Below, one piece after another: positions 29,301 to 39,951 of a DNA stretch of 64,000 nt. The DNA is from Octopus sinensis. Lineage: Eukaryota. The notes beneath the pieces are model-generated. The model searched no databases. It saw only the letters and a program-made list of their open reading frames with translations, and had not been told where the DNA came from. A program made the translations under genes and the position numbers. Each line of letters opens with the position of its first letter. Positions within the stretch are counted from its first letter, which is position 1. The stretch is from positions 52,762,001 through 52,826,000 of the forward strand of contig NC_043007.1 of assembly GCF_006345805.1 (NCBI RefSeq). The letters run 5' to 3'.

Positions 29301-30380
29301 AAATAACAAATTAAGTAATGACAAAGCACTAACAAAATTCTTAAGGGTATAGAGAGCAATCTCCAATCCAAGTACAATTTCAGGAAAGTCACCCACAGTG
29401 TTGATGTTCGCGAGAAGAACAAATCGATTTTTGATAAGTTATTGCCAGAGAAAAAAAGATGTAAACGAAACATGAAAGATGCAATGAAATATTTCAAAGT
29501 AGGAGAAAAAGTGCATTTTAAAACCTACAAAAATGGTAAAGAAGGCTGGGAGGATGGCCTTGTTAAAAAAAAAAAAAGGAACTATGATGTATCAAATTAA
29601 AAGACCATGCTAGGAACATAGGAGACACATAAATCAGCTAAAGAAGAGACATACTGAAGAATGGAGAGAAATTCCTATGGAAGTATTTTTTGATGTATTC
29701 GATGTACCAGCACCAAAAGTAATGGAGTCCCATAGAACCAGCATGAGAAAACTGAAGCAGACCAAACACTTTGAGATAAGACCCGAGTGAAAAAGATACT
29801 AAAAATAATAATAATAAATAAAATTTCTTTATTCCTTTGGAACTCAAAATCTCAAAAGGAGATATGTTGTGGCAAGAGTATGACACCCTATAAATACTAG
29901 TGGTCTGACGTAGACAACTTTCATAGTTTGGTGTTTGAAATCCAGGTACAGTTGACAGTCCAAGTTACTGTGTTGGAAATATTGATTGTTGGTCTGTTGC
30001 ATACTTGTTACTGCCATTGTTTCTATTTTGTTTTGGTATTACACTGTTACAGTGTATTCTTTATCTATTGTTGACAGTATCAACTGTACTATAATATTGG
30101 AGGCATAAGGATATAACACTATCAATACAAGTATTTAGACATACCGGAACTTGATATTATGCATGAGGAAATGAAGGAAAAAGCAAAAACACTATACTTG
30201 AACAGATTAAAGCTAATAATGAAGTCTGGATTTAATTGAAGGAATTGTGAGCAAGGGTATTTATTCCATTGATTCAATGAATAAGTGCTGCATATGAATC
30301 AGTAAGAGGAAAATATTGATTCTCTTCTGGCAGACTGCAAAATCTTAGCTAAAAAAGAACATGACATCAAGGTTTCTACT
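26400..30380 (+). mobile_element. R4-like LINE remnant split by the Gypsy insertion (about 26400-27184 and 30119-30380)
   Basis: EWMVEGRTT...GKAVGNY, KDHLITNKMV and QVFMNDLK on the left; YKYLDIPELDIMHEEMKEKAK on the right. Confidence 0.75.
27185..30118 (+). mobile_element. Ty3/Gypsy LTR retrotransposon, decayed; most of the 5' LTR plus gag and protease deleted
   Basis: RT (WAVPTV...IRLCADFSTGLN, FSKLDLSDAYLQ, YLGDV), RNase H and integrase fragments. Polypurine tract aaaaggagata 29854-29864; 3' LTR TGTTG...TAACA 29865-30118; 24-bp 5' LTR stub at 27185-27208; flanks caatc and ctatc. Confidence 0.92.
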
Positions 30381-30899
30381 GTCCCAGTTTACAGTAAGGG
30401 CAGAAAATACACAATAACGTAAGACATATAGACTGAGGAGGAGAGTAGGAGTGTGATGACAGCATAAAGGCCAGAAACGGTTGGGGAAGGGGAAGAGTGT
30501 AAATGTAGGGAGTACTCAATCACCTCAGGTACGTACATTTGTTCAGGTGACTAAGAAGAGAGAGTGAGGAGATCAGAAGGATCAAAATGGATGGATGAAA
30601 AGAAGTATGATTGAAAAGTATGATCAGGAAAGAGTGACTGGTAGTAGTGAACAAAGGCAAGAGTAGATGGTAGGGTGTATAGAAAAAGATGATGAAAATA
30701 CACTAATGCAGTCTGTAATGCTTAGTGAAGTGTAAGGAAATCATAGTGATGAAGATTATGCACAGGTGATGGGAAGATGACAAATGAAGAGTTATGAGTG
30801 AAAGGATGGGTGAACAATAGATAGAGGGGGGGGGATAAAAGTGAGAAGGCAGCATATACAGGCTTGACAAGAGACAAAATATCTTTCAGCTTCTAAAAT

Positions 30900-33800
30900 C
30901 CTTGTGTCAGAGTATGTTTTGCCCTGGGTGGTGATGTCTTCTGCAATACCACATATCATTAATCAGTATGATCCTTCATTATCTCCTCCATGAGAAATAG
31001 CATATTCAAGTCAGTTTTCACCTAAGTCTTCTTTGGCTTCCCTCTTGCACAGGTTCCACTAAGAGTGCTCAGTACTTCTTTATGCAGCATTCATCTTCCA
31101 TATTCATCACATACCCATACCAGTGCAGTATTCTTTCATGTAATTACACCTGATTCTTTTTGCAATTTTCTCTTTCATATGTAGTTTTTCTCTTGACTGT
31201 CAGACTATGCTCGTCTGATTTCTTTCAAGTCTTCTACATTCCAGGTCCACATTTCACTAGCATGCAACATTGGAGTTCTAACACACGCATCATACATATG
31301 TCCTTGACTTTGAGGAAGAAGGTCTTTGCTGCCAGCAAAAGCTCCCAGAAAATTTTTGCAGCTTGTTCTTACCCTTGATCCTATGCCTTTTCAACAGCCA
31401 TCTCCTTTGGTAATTATGTCACTTAGGTAATTGAAGCTATCAACTATTTCTAGCTGGGCATTTTAGAAAGTCTATCAGCATGCTCTTAGTATGTATTACT
31501 CCAGTGCATCTCCTACATACAAAGCTTGCCTTCTCTGTTAGCCTGCCTGCTACTCCACTATACCTTGTATGTCCATAACTTATACTGCATAAAGAGTCCC
31601 TATCTACACCTTCCTACATATTAAGTAAGGCCATTTCCCAGAAGATACCAGGGCCTTTCTTCTTTACTTATTAACACATTAATCTATACTAAGTTTACTT
31701 TGAGATCTCTCAATTCTAGATTTTGCTTCCATACTCACAATTTCTCCAATTCCACTATAGATTCAACAATAAGAACTAGATCATCAGCATATAGGATTTT
31801 CCATGGACAGCCAGTGTTAAACTTTTCTATGATGGCCTATAGGACTATGACAAATAGGAGAGGACTGAGAACTGAGATTTGAAGGACCCTTGCCTTCACT
31901 CTTAATTTTTAGCTGGACTCATTGTTGATCCTCACCTTGTACATAACTTGTAGAGCCCATCAAGACATTCATCTACATCTAGTTCCCTTAGTGACCATAG
32001 AGCATGGCACCCTATCAAAGGCCTTTTCCAAGTCAACAAATGCCAGGTAAAATGGATTAGGTAAGTATTTCTCCAGAAGTTGTCTCACTAGGAAGATGGC
32101 AGCTGTGTTACCTCCTCTAGGCATAAAGCCAAACTCCTTTTCATCTAAGCTAATTGTGTTCCAGTTAATTGTACAACTCTCTGCATAACCTAGTCCACAT
32201 TGATGCCTCAATGATTTCTTTGGATCTTTACCTTTTGACCGACAGATTTAAAAAATAATTTTTTGAAACTAAACACTTTCAAACTTCGGACACTGGTAGA
32301 ATGTGTCATATAAAACATCTTTTACTCTTAGCGTTTTTGAAAAAATGCTTATATTTAGGAAGTTATTTCATGTTAAAGTAGTTGTATTTCGGTAATTTCA
32401 ACCAAATCAATGACATGTATTCAGCTGAATAAAATTACTGCCATTGTTTGTCAACAACAACAATCGGCGGTGTATTTTTCATTTGTCACTGTTATTTATG
32501 ACATTGTTCGCATGTTTGTACTGGTTTTAGCTTTAAGGTTTTAGGGTTAGGGTTTTAGAGTTAGGGTGTTAGGGTTAGGATTAAGGTTTTAGAGTTAGGG
32601 TTGTCATAAATAACAGTGACAAACAAAATATACACCGCCGGAAGTTCTTGTTGACAAACAACAGCAGTAATTTTATTCAGCTGAATACACGTCATTGACT
32701 GGTTGAAATTACCGAAATACTTCAACTTTAATGTGAAATAACTTCTTAAATATAAGCTTTTCTCAAAAATTCTAAGAGTAAAAGATGTTTTATATGACAC
32801 ATGCTACAAGTATCCGAAGTTTGAAAGTGTTTAGTTTCAAAAAATTATTTTTTAAATCAGTCGGTCAAAAGGTAAAGATCCATTTCTTCTAAAGGATTTC
32901 CTTTAAACTTGTAGCAGTCAATATTTTGATCATCTCAGCTATTATCTCAAATGGGCCAGCAGCTTTCCCTGCCTTCATATCCTTAATACTTTGCCTATCA
33001 CATAGATGTCAACTTGAACTGCTGGTTCCTCTGTAGGTTCAGCATGTAGTAACCCCTCTTTATCCTATGCACTCTCCACATTCAACAACCTCTCATACTA
33101 CTACTTTCATACCTCTTGTCATCAGTAGTAACAGCAGGTGTACTTTTACGTAATTTCAAATACATTTCTTCCCAATGACATTTTACTTCTTTCTGATATA
33201 CTGTCTTGCAATCCTAGACACCTTAAGTGTCTTACATGACTTATATGGTTCTCATCAGCCTTTCATCCACTAGTTTCCACAGCAACCACCAGATCACAGA
33301 GTGAGGAACACTGTTAAAGGCGTTCTTCAGGTCAATAAATGCCAAGTACAATGGTTTACTCTTCGCTAAATACTTCTCTAGCAGTTGCTGTACTATAAAG
33401 AGAGCATCAATAGAATTTCTTGAAACCAAACTCCATCTCATCTAGGCTAACTTTCTCCCTAATTAATTGAGCTATAATTCTTTCAGTGATTTTCATGACC
33501 CAATCTAACCTCTGTGATTACTTCTCTCTAGGGCGTCTCCTTTACTTTTGTAACAGTTATCTATGCTGCTGCTACGCTAGTCATTGGGCATGATACCCAC
33601 CTGGACAATCTCATTTACTTCACATGTAACTAGGCTATATCTCATTCCAACAGATAATTTAAGCATCACAGTGTTAACTCCTGATGTACTAGGGGCTTTC
33701 CCAGTCTTCATATCATTAATTGCATTGTCTATCTCACTGCTGTCAACAAAAATGGCTGTTACTTCCACTCGATTCACATTAGGAAAACTCATTCTCCTAT

Positions 33801-34460
33801 TCATTTTCCACATTTAGTAGCCTGTCATAGTAGTACTTCCATGCCTCTTTCTTTTCAGAACCACTAAGTGCAAGTGTACCATTATCCTTCTGTACACACA
33901 TTTCTCCCACCTCTTGAATTTCTCTGATATACTGTCTTGCAATCTGAAATACATGCCTTTGGTCCTTATCTTGTAGAACACTGGCAAAGTTCTTCCTTTT
34001 TTTATCCTTTTCTTACTAAATACACCAGTTTCCTAGTTCATCTTCTAGCTACTTGGTATAGTTCTCTACTACTTCACTGTTCTTTCACCATATAACCCTT
34101 GGCCAGGTTGGAACTTTGCACCAGCCATAAATTTGGTCTTTAGACCTCAGTAAGTTGTCTCATAAAAAATTTCCAATTGTTCTTTATGCCAAATTCTTCA
34201 ATTAGAACATCTCTCAACCTCTGACTGTTTGAAGGATACTTAAGCTTCCATATCTTTCTTTACCAAATTGGTTTGAGTCTCTAAGTTCTTCTTAGCACTA
34301 AGTCTAAAGACACTAACTACTAGCCTTTGTTGGATAGTACATTTTTCATCAGGAAAGGACTTTACATTACCAATGAGAATACAGTCCATTTGCATTATGT
34401 ATCCACTAGATTGTTTGGTAAGTTTCTGAAAAGATGTTTGCCAACACCAGCTAGGAGATA
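30900..34460 (-). mobile_element. Long RTE LINE remnant interrupted by a MITE
   Basis: FGFMPRGGNTAAIFLVRQLLEKY...LAFVDLEKAFDRVP and a second similar RT block at 33241..33441; endonuclease remnants near 34240-34460. Confidence 0.8.
32222..32881. mobile_element. MITE with about 280-bp TIRs and a telomere-like core
   Basis: Arms 32222-32503 and 32602-32881 (GGATCTTTACC...GGTAAAGATCC). The 8-bp flanks atttcttt and atttcttc match 7/8. TTAGGG-like repeats at 32526-32601. Superfamily undetermined. Confidence 0.9.
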
Positions 34461-34675
34461 GTGAATCAGTGAAACAAGTATTTATTGCTCCATGAAATAT
34501 ACTTTCCTTCAATCCTGCTAAATATTATTGCCTTGTCATTTATTCTATTTCTGTCTGATTGATTGATTGATTGATTGGTTGATAGATAGATAGATAGATA
34601 GATAGAGAGTGAGAGAGATAGACAGACAGACAGATAGATAGATGGATGGACAGACAGTATATATATATGTATAAA

Positions 34676-35471
34676 AAAATACAAACTGGGACAAGAACGC
34701 AAAACATTTTGATGACGACACAAAAAACACGGATGGGACATTCGAAGCCTTCAATCTTCAGTCAAGAACCGGATCATCCTCGCAATTTCAGCTGACTAAT
34801 CTTAAGATTGCTCCAATCTACCCTCTCTCTTATATGTAATTACACATTTCTCTAAACTTGGTATGACTCAACACTGTCTCTCCCCCCCTCTCCTACATTT
34901 CTTTGCACTTCACTTTGTCTCTGTCCCTTTTTCTCACTCTCTCTTGTCCTCCTCCTTAATTCCTTGTTCCTCTTTTTCTCTCTCTTCTCCCCTTCCTTGA
35001 TTCCTCTCTCTTCTCTTCACACGTGACTGACTGACCGGCTGCTGGCCTTTTGAGTCTAGGAGCCGTCGTGGTAACACCAACATTTTTTTTCTCTGCCCCA
35101 AGGTACATTCCTAACCCACCAGCTAAGCTTAATTCGTCCTAGTCGAAAGACGCCTGTTCGTGATGTCCTGTTATTGTTATTAATATTATTATTATTGTTT
35201 TTACGTATTATTTTTGTATTCATATTCATGTAACATCGTCAGTTTTTCTGTCCTTGTTTTGTATGCATTCGAAGCTTTCTTCCAAGGAATCTAATGTGCT
35301 TATCTTAGTTTTTCCTTGGAGCTGGCCAGATTGGAGCAATCTCAAGATTAATCAGCCGAAATTGCGAGGATGATCTGGTTCTTGACTGAAGATTGAAGGC
35401 TTCGAATGTCCCGTCTGTGTTTTTTGTGTCGTCATCAAAATGTTTTGCGTTCTTGTCCCAGTTTGTATTTT
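34676..35471. mobile_element. Foldback/MITE with about 143-bp TIRs embedded in (TA)n
   Basis: 34676-34818 is the reverse complement of 35329-35471; TA repeats on both sides. Confidence 0.85.
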
Positions 35472-36199
35472 TTATACATATATATATATATATATATAGC
35501 GGCGTATGTACCCTCTCTCTTATATATATATAAAATGTTGAACTGTTAGTCCCTACACATTTTTTTCTCTCTGCTTTTTATCATTCTCTCTCCATTTTTT
35601 TCATCTTAATCCTTTCTGTCAAAGAATATAGGCTCAAAACATCAAAAAACTTTTCCATTCTTCTTGAGCATTAAACTAATACAGCCACTTGTTGATCTCT
35701 CACCTGTCTTCATATTTTGTTTTCTGTAAATTTGAACTACATGTATGTGTGTGTGTGTATACACACACACATCAAATAATAAAAGAGTGTAACTCTTTTC
35801 CTGAAATAACATGGAAGGGCTCAATATATTGAGCAAATATCAAAGTTCAAGGATGGAGAGAAGACAGATTAATTTATTATCCTCCTAGTCTGGCCAATAC
35901 ATATTCAAATTGGGAATACAATCAAATATATACATACATATACATAATAATCATGCACACATGTATAATCTGGCCCTTATGAATAGTGGCTTTAACATGA
36001 AAATAATATACATAAAAAAATACTGTATTTAGAATTAAACTGGCTAGAATGATCCCAAATTTGGGAATATAGATATAGATATCCCATCTAATATTGACCC
36101 TCTTGAACTAGGACAACAATGTAGATATATGAAAAATAAGAATTTAAATTGTAATAATGGAACAGAATATTAATGTAAATAGGAAATTCTTTAAAAAAA

Positions 36200-39100
36200 A
36201 ACAGGATATTATTTGGTTTACCCACTGTTTTCCTTACAGGTTAAAAACCTCCCCCAGTTATTCTTTAAATTAACTGAGAATAATTTTCCTTTAACTCATA
36301 CGCACCACTCTATTTTTAACAAATTGATTCTGAAACTTCCTTACTCCACAACATCGAACCTCGGATCAATTATTGCCACAAATAATAGGCTTAAAATATG
36401 AAATTTGACAAATACTAATAGTAACAAAGGAAATAATAATAAAGAACTGGGTGGTCCTGTAGGAAAAAGTCGCAATTGTCCCTCCCAAAATAATTGTGCA
36501 CTAGATGGTCAGTGTCTATGCAACAATGTAGTATATAAATGTGAAGTGAATACTTTAAACGAAGTTAATAGAGTATACATTGGAAGCACTACAAATTTCA
36601 AGATTAGATATAGGGCACATATGAATTTGTTTGTTAAGAAGAATACGAAAAATTCAACTGGTTTGGTCATATACAGAAATAAATTAACCCTTTTGTTACT
36701 AATCTGGCTGTAGCCAGGCGAAAAATTTTTTGGTTCATAATACCAACCCGGCTGAGAGAACCTATTGTTATTTAAATGTAAATTTGAACCCAAATCTCGG
36801 TACATTCGTTAAAACACGTGATTTCACTTTGTAAATAGTTGGGTTATAGTATCCGACATTGCTTGATGTGATATCTCAACTCAGTGAATTTTGGGAGATT
36901 TTTTTCAGCATCGATTTTTCTTCAACTGTGAAAATGGATAGAAGTTTCATGCTATCAAGCATTGATTCCGAATTTAAAGCTTTTTCAATGGAAAATAGGG
37001 AGATATCGAGAGAAAAAATGAATGAGGTACAGAAGCACGTGGTGTACAATAATGAATAGGATATTTCTTTCTCCGAAAGCAGTGATTCCGAAGAAACAAA
37101 GCAGCGATAACGACAGCAAAGACGATTTTACATCGAAATGAAGTAAAAACTTTAAAAATGCTTTTATTAGCAATTTTTCTGAGGAGATAGATAGAGTTTA
37201 TCTATAGTCTTTCTTAGGAAGCGAAACCATTAGACTTTTATTTTTTTCAGTATGCTTGTTTGAAGCGATCACTTCGGAAACAAACTGTTTCGCAGAATGT
37301 AAACAAACACGAAATGGGGGATCAAAGTTTGGAAAATTTGTGAAGCAAAATACTGGATACTGCTGTGGATTTAGTTTTTACACAGGGAAAATAGTATTAG
37401 TCAGCATGGCTTAGGGTACGATGTGGTTTGAAAGTTATTGATTGAAATGATCATTGCGGAAACAAATTTACACAGAATGTAAACAAACACAAAATGGGGG
37501 ATCAAAGTTCGGAAAATTTGTGAAGCAAATACTGGGTACTGCTGTGGATTTAGTTTTTATACAGGGAAAATAATGTTAGTCAGCATGGCCTCGGGAACGA
37601 TGTGGTCTGGAATTTATCCATTTCTCCTCTCGACTATAATCCGCCATCTTGAAGCCTGTTCCTTTAATACACTTCCGCCTTGTCCAAAAATTCCTCTTCC
37701 GGACAATTTTTACTTAAAAAGGCAGCTCTCTCATTTATTCATCTAGCACCCGAGCGCAGATAAGTTTGAATGCTTATTTATTTTCACTTCTCGATCGATC
37801 ATACATGCTTTCTTATCTATCTAAATATTTTTATCTAATTTTTCTATCTATCTAATTATTTAACTAATTTATCCATTTCTCCTCTCGACTATAATCAACC
37901 ATCGTGTATTCGCGGTGCACCCGCCCTGCCCACCCCCACCACCAATACCGGATATCTCTATATTTTTGCTCCATCTATACCGGATGTCGCTTCTCCCACC
38001 ACCATTATAGGTGTCTACTCTTCGAACCCCTCTTCAATACGCTATTTCCCCATGCATTACCCCTCTCTTGATATCCTACGTTCTACTTGCCTAGAACCTG
38101 CCATCATTTCTCTGAACCACCCCTCCCCACTGGTGCTCCCCTATATTTCTGCACCCCCCCCCCACATAAAAAGCACCATCCGAACGTGGCCGATGCCAGA
38201 CCCCTCTGGCACCTGTGCAGGTGGCACGTAAAAAACACCCACTACACTTGCGGAGTGGTTGGCGTTAGGAAGGGCATCCAGCTGTAGAAACACTGCCAGA
38301 CTAGACTGGAGCCTGGGGCAGTCCCTAGCTCCCCAGACCCCGGTCGAAACCGTCCAACCCGTGCTAGCGCGGAAAACGGACGTTAAACGATGATGATGAT
38401 GATGATGATGATACCATAACCAGGGCCGTATATTATTTTTTGACCGATTTCCTTGGTTCGGTCAAACTTGCGGTGGATTTAGGTGGATTCCAGTGTTTCA
38501 GTTTATTCCACCTTTATGGTACACCTGTTCTGTTGTGCATTAAATTCAACTGATGATATAGTGATGTGCACAATTCTTCTTTATCAAAATTTTGTTGCAT
38601 ACCCAATTGAATATTAGCTGATGATTCATTTTCTATGGTGATGTTTAAACAAAATTTTAATATTTTTACCTTTTGCTCAATTTACCTGTAATTAAAGTCA
38701 CTTTGACACAAAAGTTATGCAATAGAATTGATTAAGAACCCTTTCTTTAATTATGTTCCAAATATCACGTTAATATGTTGATAAGTAAAAAAGTTAGTTA
38801 TTTAATGAAACAAGCCTAAATTCATGATTATTTTAGAATTTAATTGAAACTCACTATTTTGGTCAGAAATATAGTAATGAAAGGGTTAAAAACTAGTAAC
38901 AGAATATACTCCCTAAAATGGTCTATAACGATGGGGTGGGGGGTGCACCATATAAAAACCTGTAGCCTTTGTTTGAAAGAAGCCATAAATATATGAAGAA
39001 CAGATAAAAAATTATTGTTGAATAAGATATCCAAGGTTTTGACCTCATGTTGGCACAAGTTGCTATCAACTTCCAAAAGTTTAGAAAAAAAAGAAAAGAA

Positions 39101-39450
39101 AAAAGCTTCTTAAAATGCTAACTGAGTTTCTCAATATAGATCACTCATCCTTATTTAGGTATATAATTTAGTATAGGTATAAATATAATCTTGTATTTCT
39201 AGTAATCATAAGACATGAAAATTTATTTTATACACACCGGACTGCTTGGAATTTTCATTTTTATTTTTTCCTTTATACTCATTTACAACTTTCTCGCCAT
39301 TTCTATATTTATTACCTAGATCACACAGTTGTGTGATAAACTCTTTTTTAAAAAAAGAAACTTTTAAAACAAAACCTAAACTTTAAAATTTTTTATCTCT
39401 GATGAAGGAAATGTGGCTACCAAAGTTTTTGCTTGAAACGATAAGATATC
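36200..39450 (+). mobile_element. Penelope-like element 3' part (GIY-YIG), split by piggyBac copy 2
   Basis: CALDGQCLCNNVVYKCEV...VYIGSTTNFKIRYRAH (36405..36684). Resumes after TTAA at 38890 with YSLKWSI...CSLCLKEAIN...LLNK...SCWHK. Hammerhead-like motif at 39394-39448. Confidence 0.85.
36688..38885. mobile_element. Non-autonomous piggyBac-type element, copy 2, opposite orientation to copy 1
   Basis: TTAA at 36684-36687 and 38886-38889; TIRs CCCTTTTGTTAC and GTAATGAAAGGG. Colinear with the reverse complement of 24085-25191, with about three internal repeats and a later insertion at about 37619-38410. Confidence 0.88.
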
Positions 39451-39845
39451 TCGCTTCATTATATTTTTATTTCATTCATGAACTACTTTATTTTTATTTC
39501 ATTTGAAGACAGTTTAAAACTACCTTGCTCTATTTAATTTTACTTCATTTGAGGACTATTGTAAATCTTTTAAACATCTCACCTGCTCATGATTTTAATT
39601 CAATTTCTTTTATCTGATGTAATTTTCTGTATATATATCGTGATTGCCCAACCTTGGGATTATAATAAAAAATATATATGTATATATTTGATTGTATTCC
39701 CAATATGTATTGGCTGGACGAGGAGGATGATAAACTAATCTGTCTTCTCACCCTCCTTGAACTTTACACATGCACACACACACACATATATATATAAACA
39801 CAGAAATAAGTTAAATATGAATTTATTGAAAATATATGTATATAC

Positions 39846-39951
39846 CTTGAGCAAGTCAATCAATCTTGTGACAATGTCTTGTGCAGCAGCTGGGATATCT
39901 TTAACACATTCACAGTACTCAACCATCATTTTCAATAACATCAAGACAGTA
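39846..39951 (-). CDS. VPS54: VPS54 coding exon, 106 nt: TVLMLLKMMVEYCECVKDIPAAAQDIVTRLIDLLK
   Basis: AG/GT boundaries. Lies inside ORF 39735..40052 and matches VPS54 TVLLLIRIILEYCQCVDNIP...LTRLSDLLK. Confidence 0.95.

Noticed and set aside
32526-32601. Telomeric repeats as a chromosome-fusion scar
   Set aside because: Single orientation, short and degenerate, and enclosed in a TSD-flanked MITE.
35385-35412. ctgaagattgaaggcttcgaatg in the foldback TIR as a hammerhead
   Set aside because: Stem II does not close next to the core, and GAAA with stem III is missing.
38840-39076. Minus-strand ORF with IFMASF resembling a Penelope RT motif
   Set aside because: The plus strand here clearly encodes the Penelope C-terminus, so the match is coincidental.
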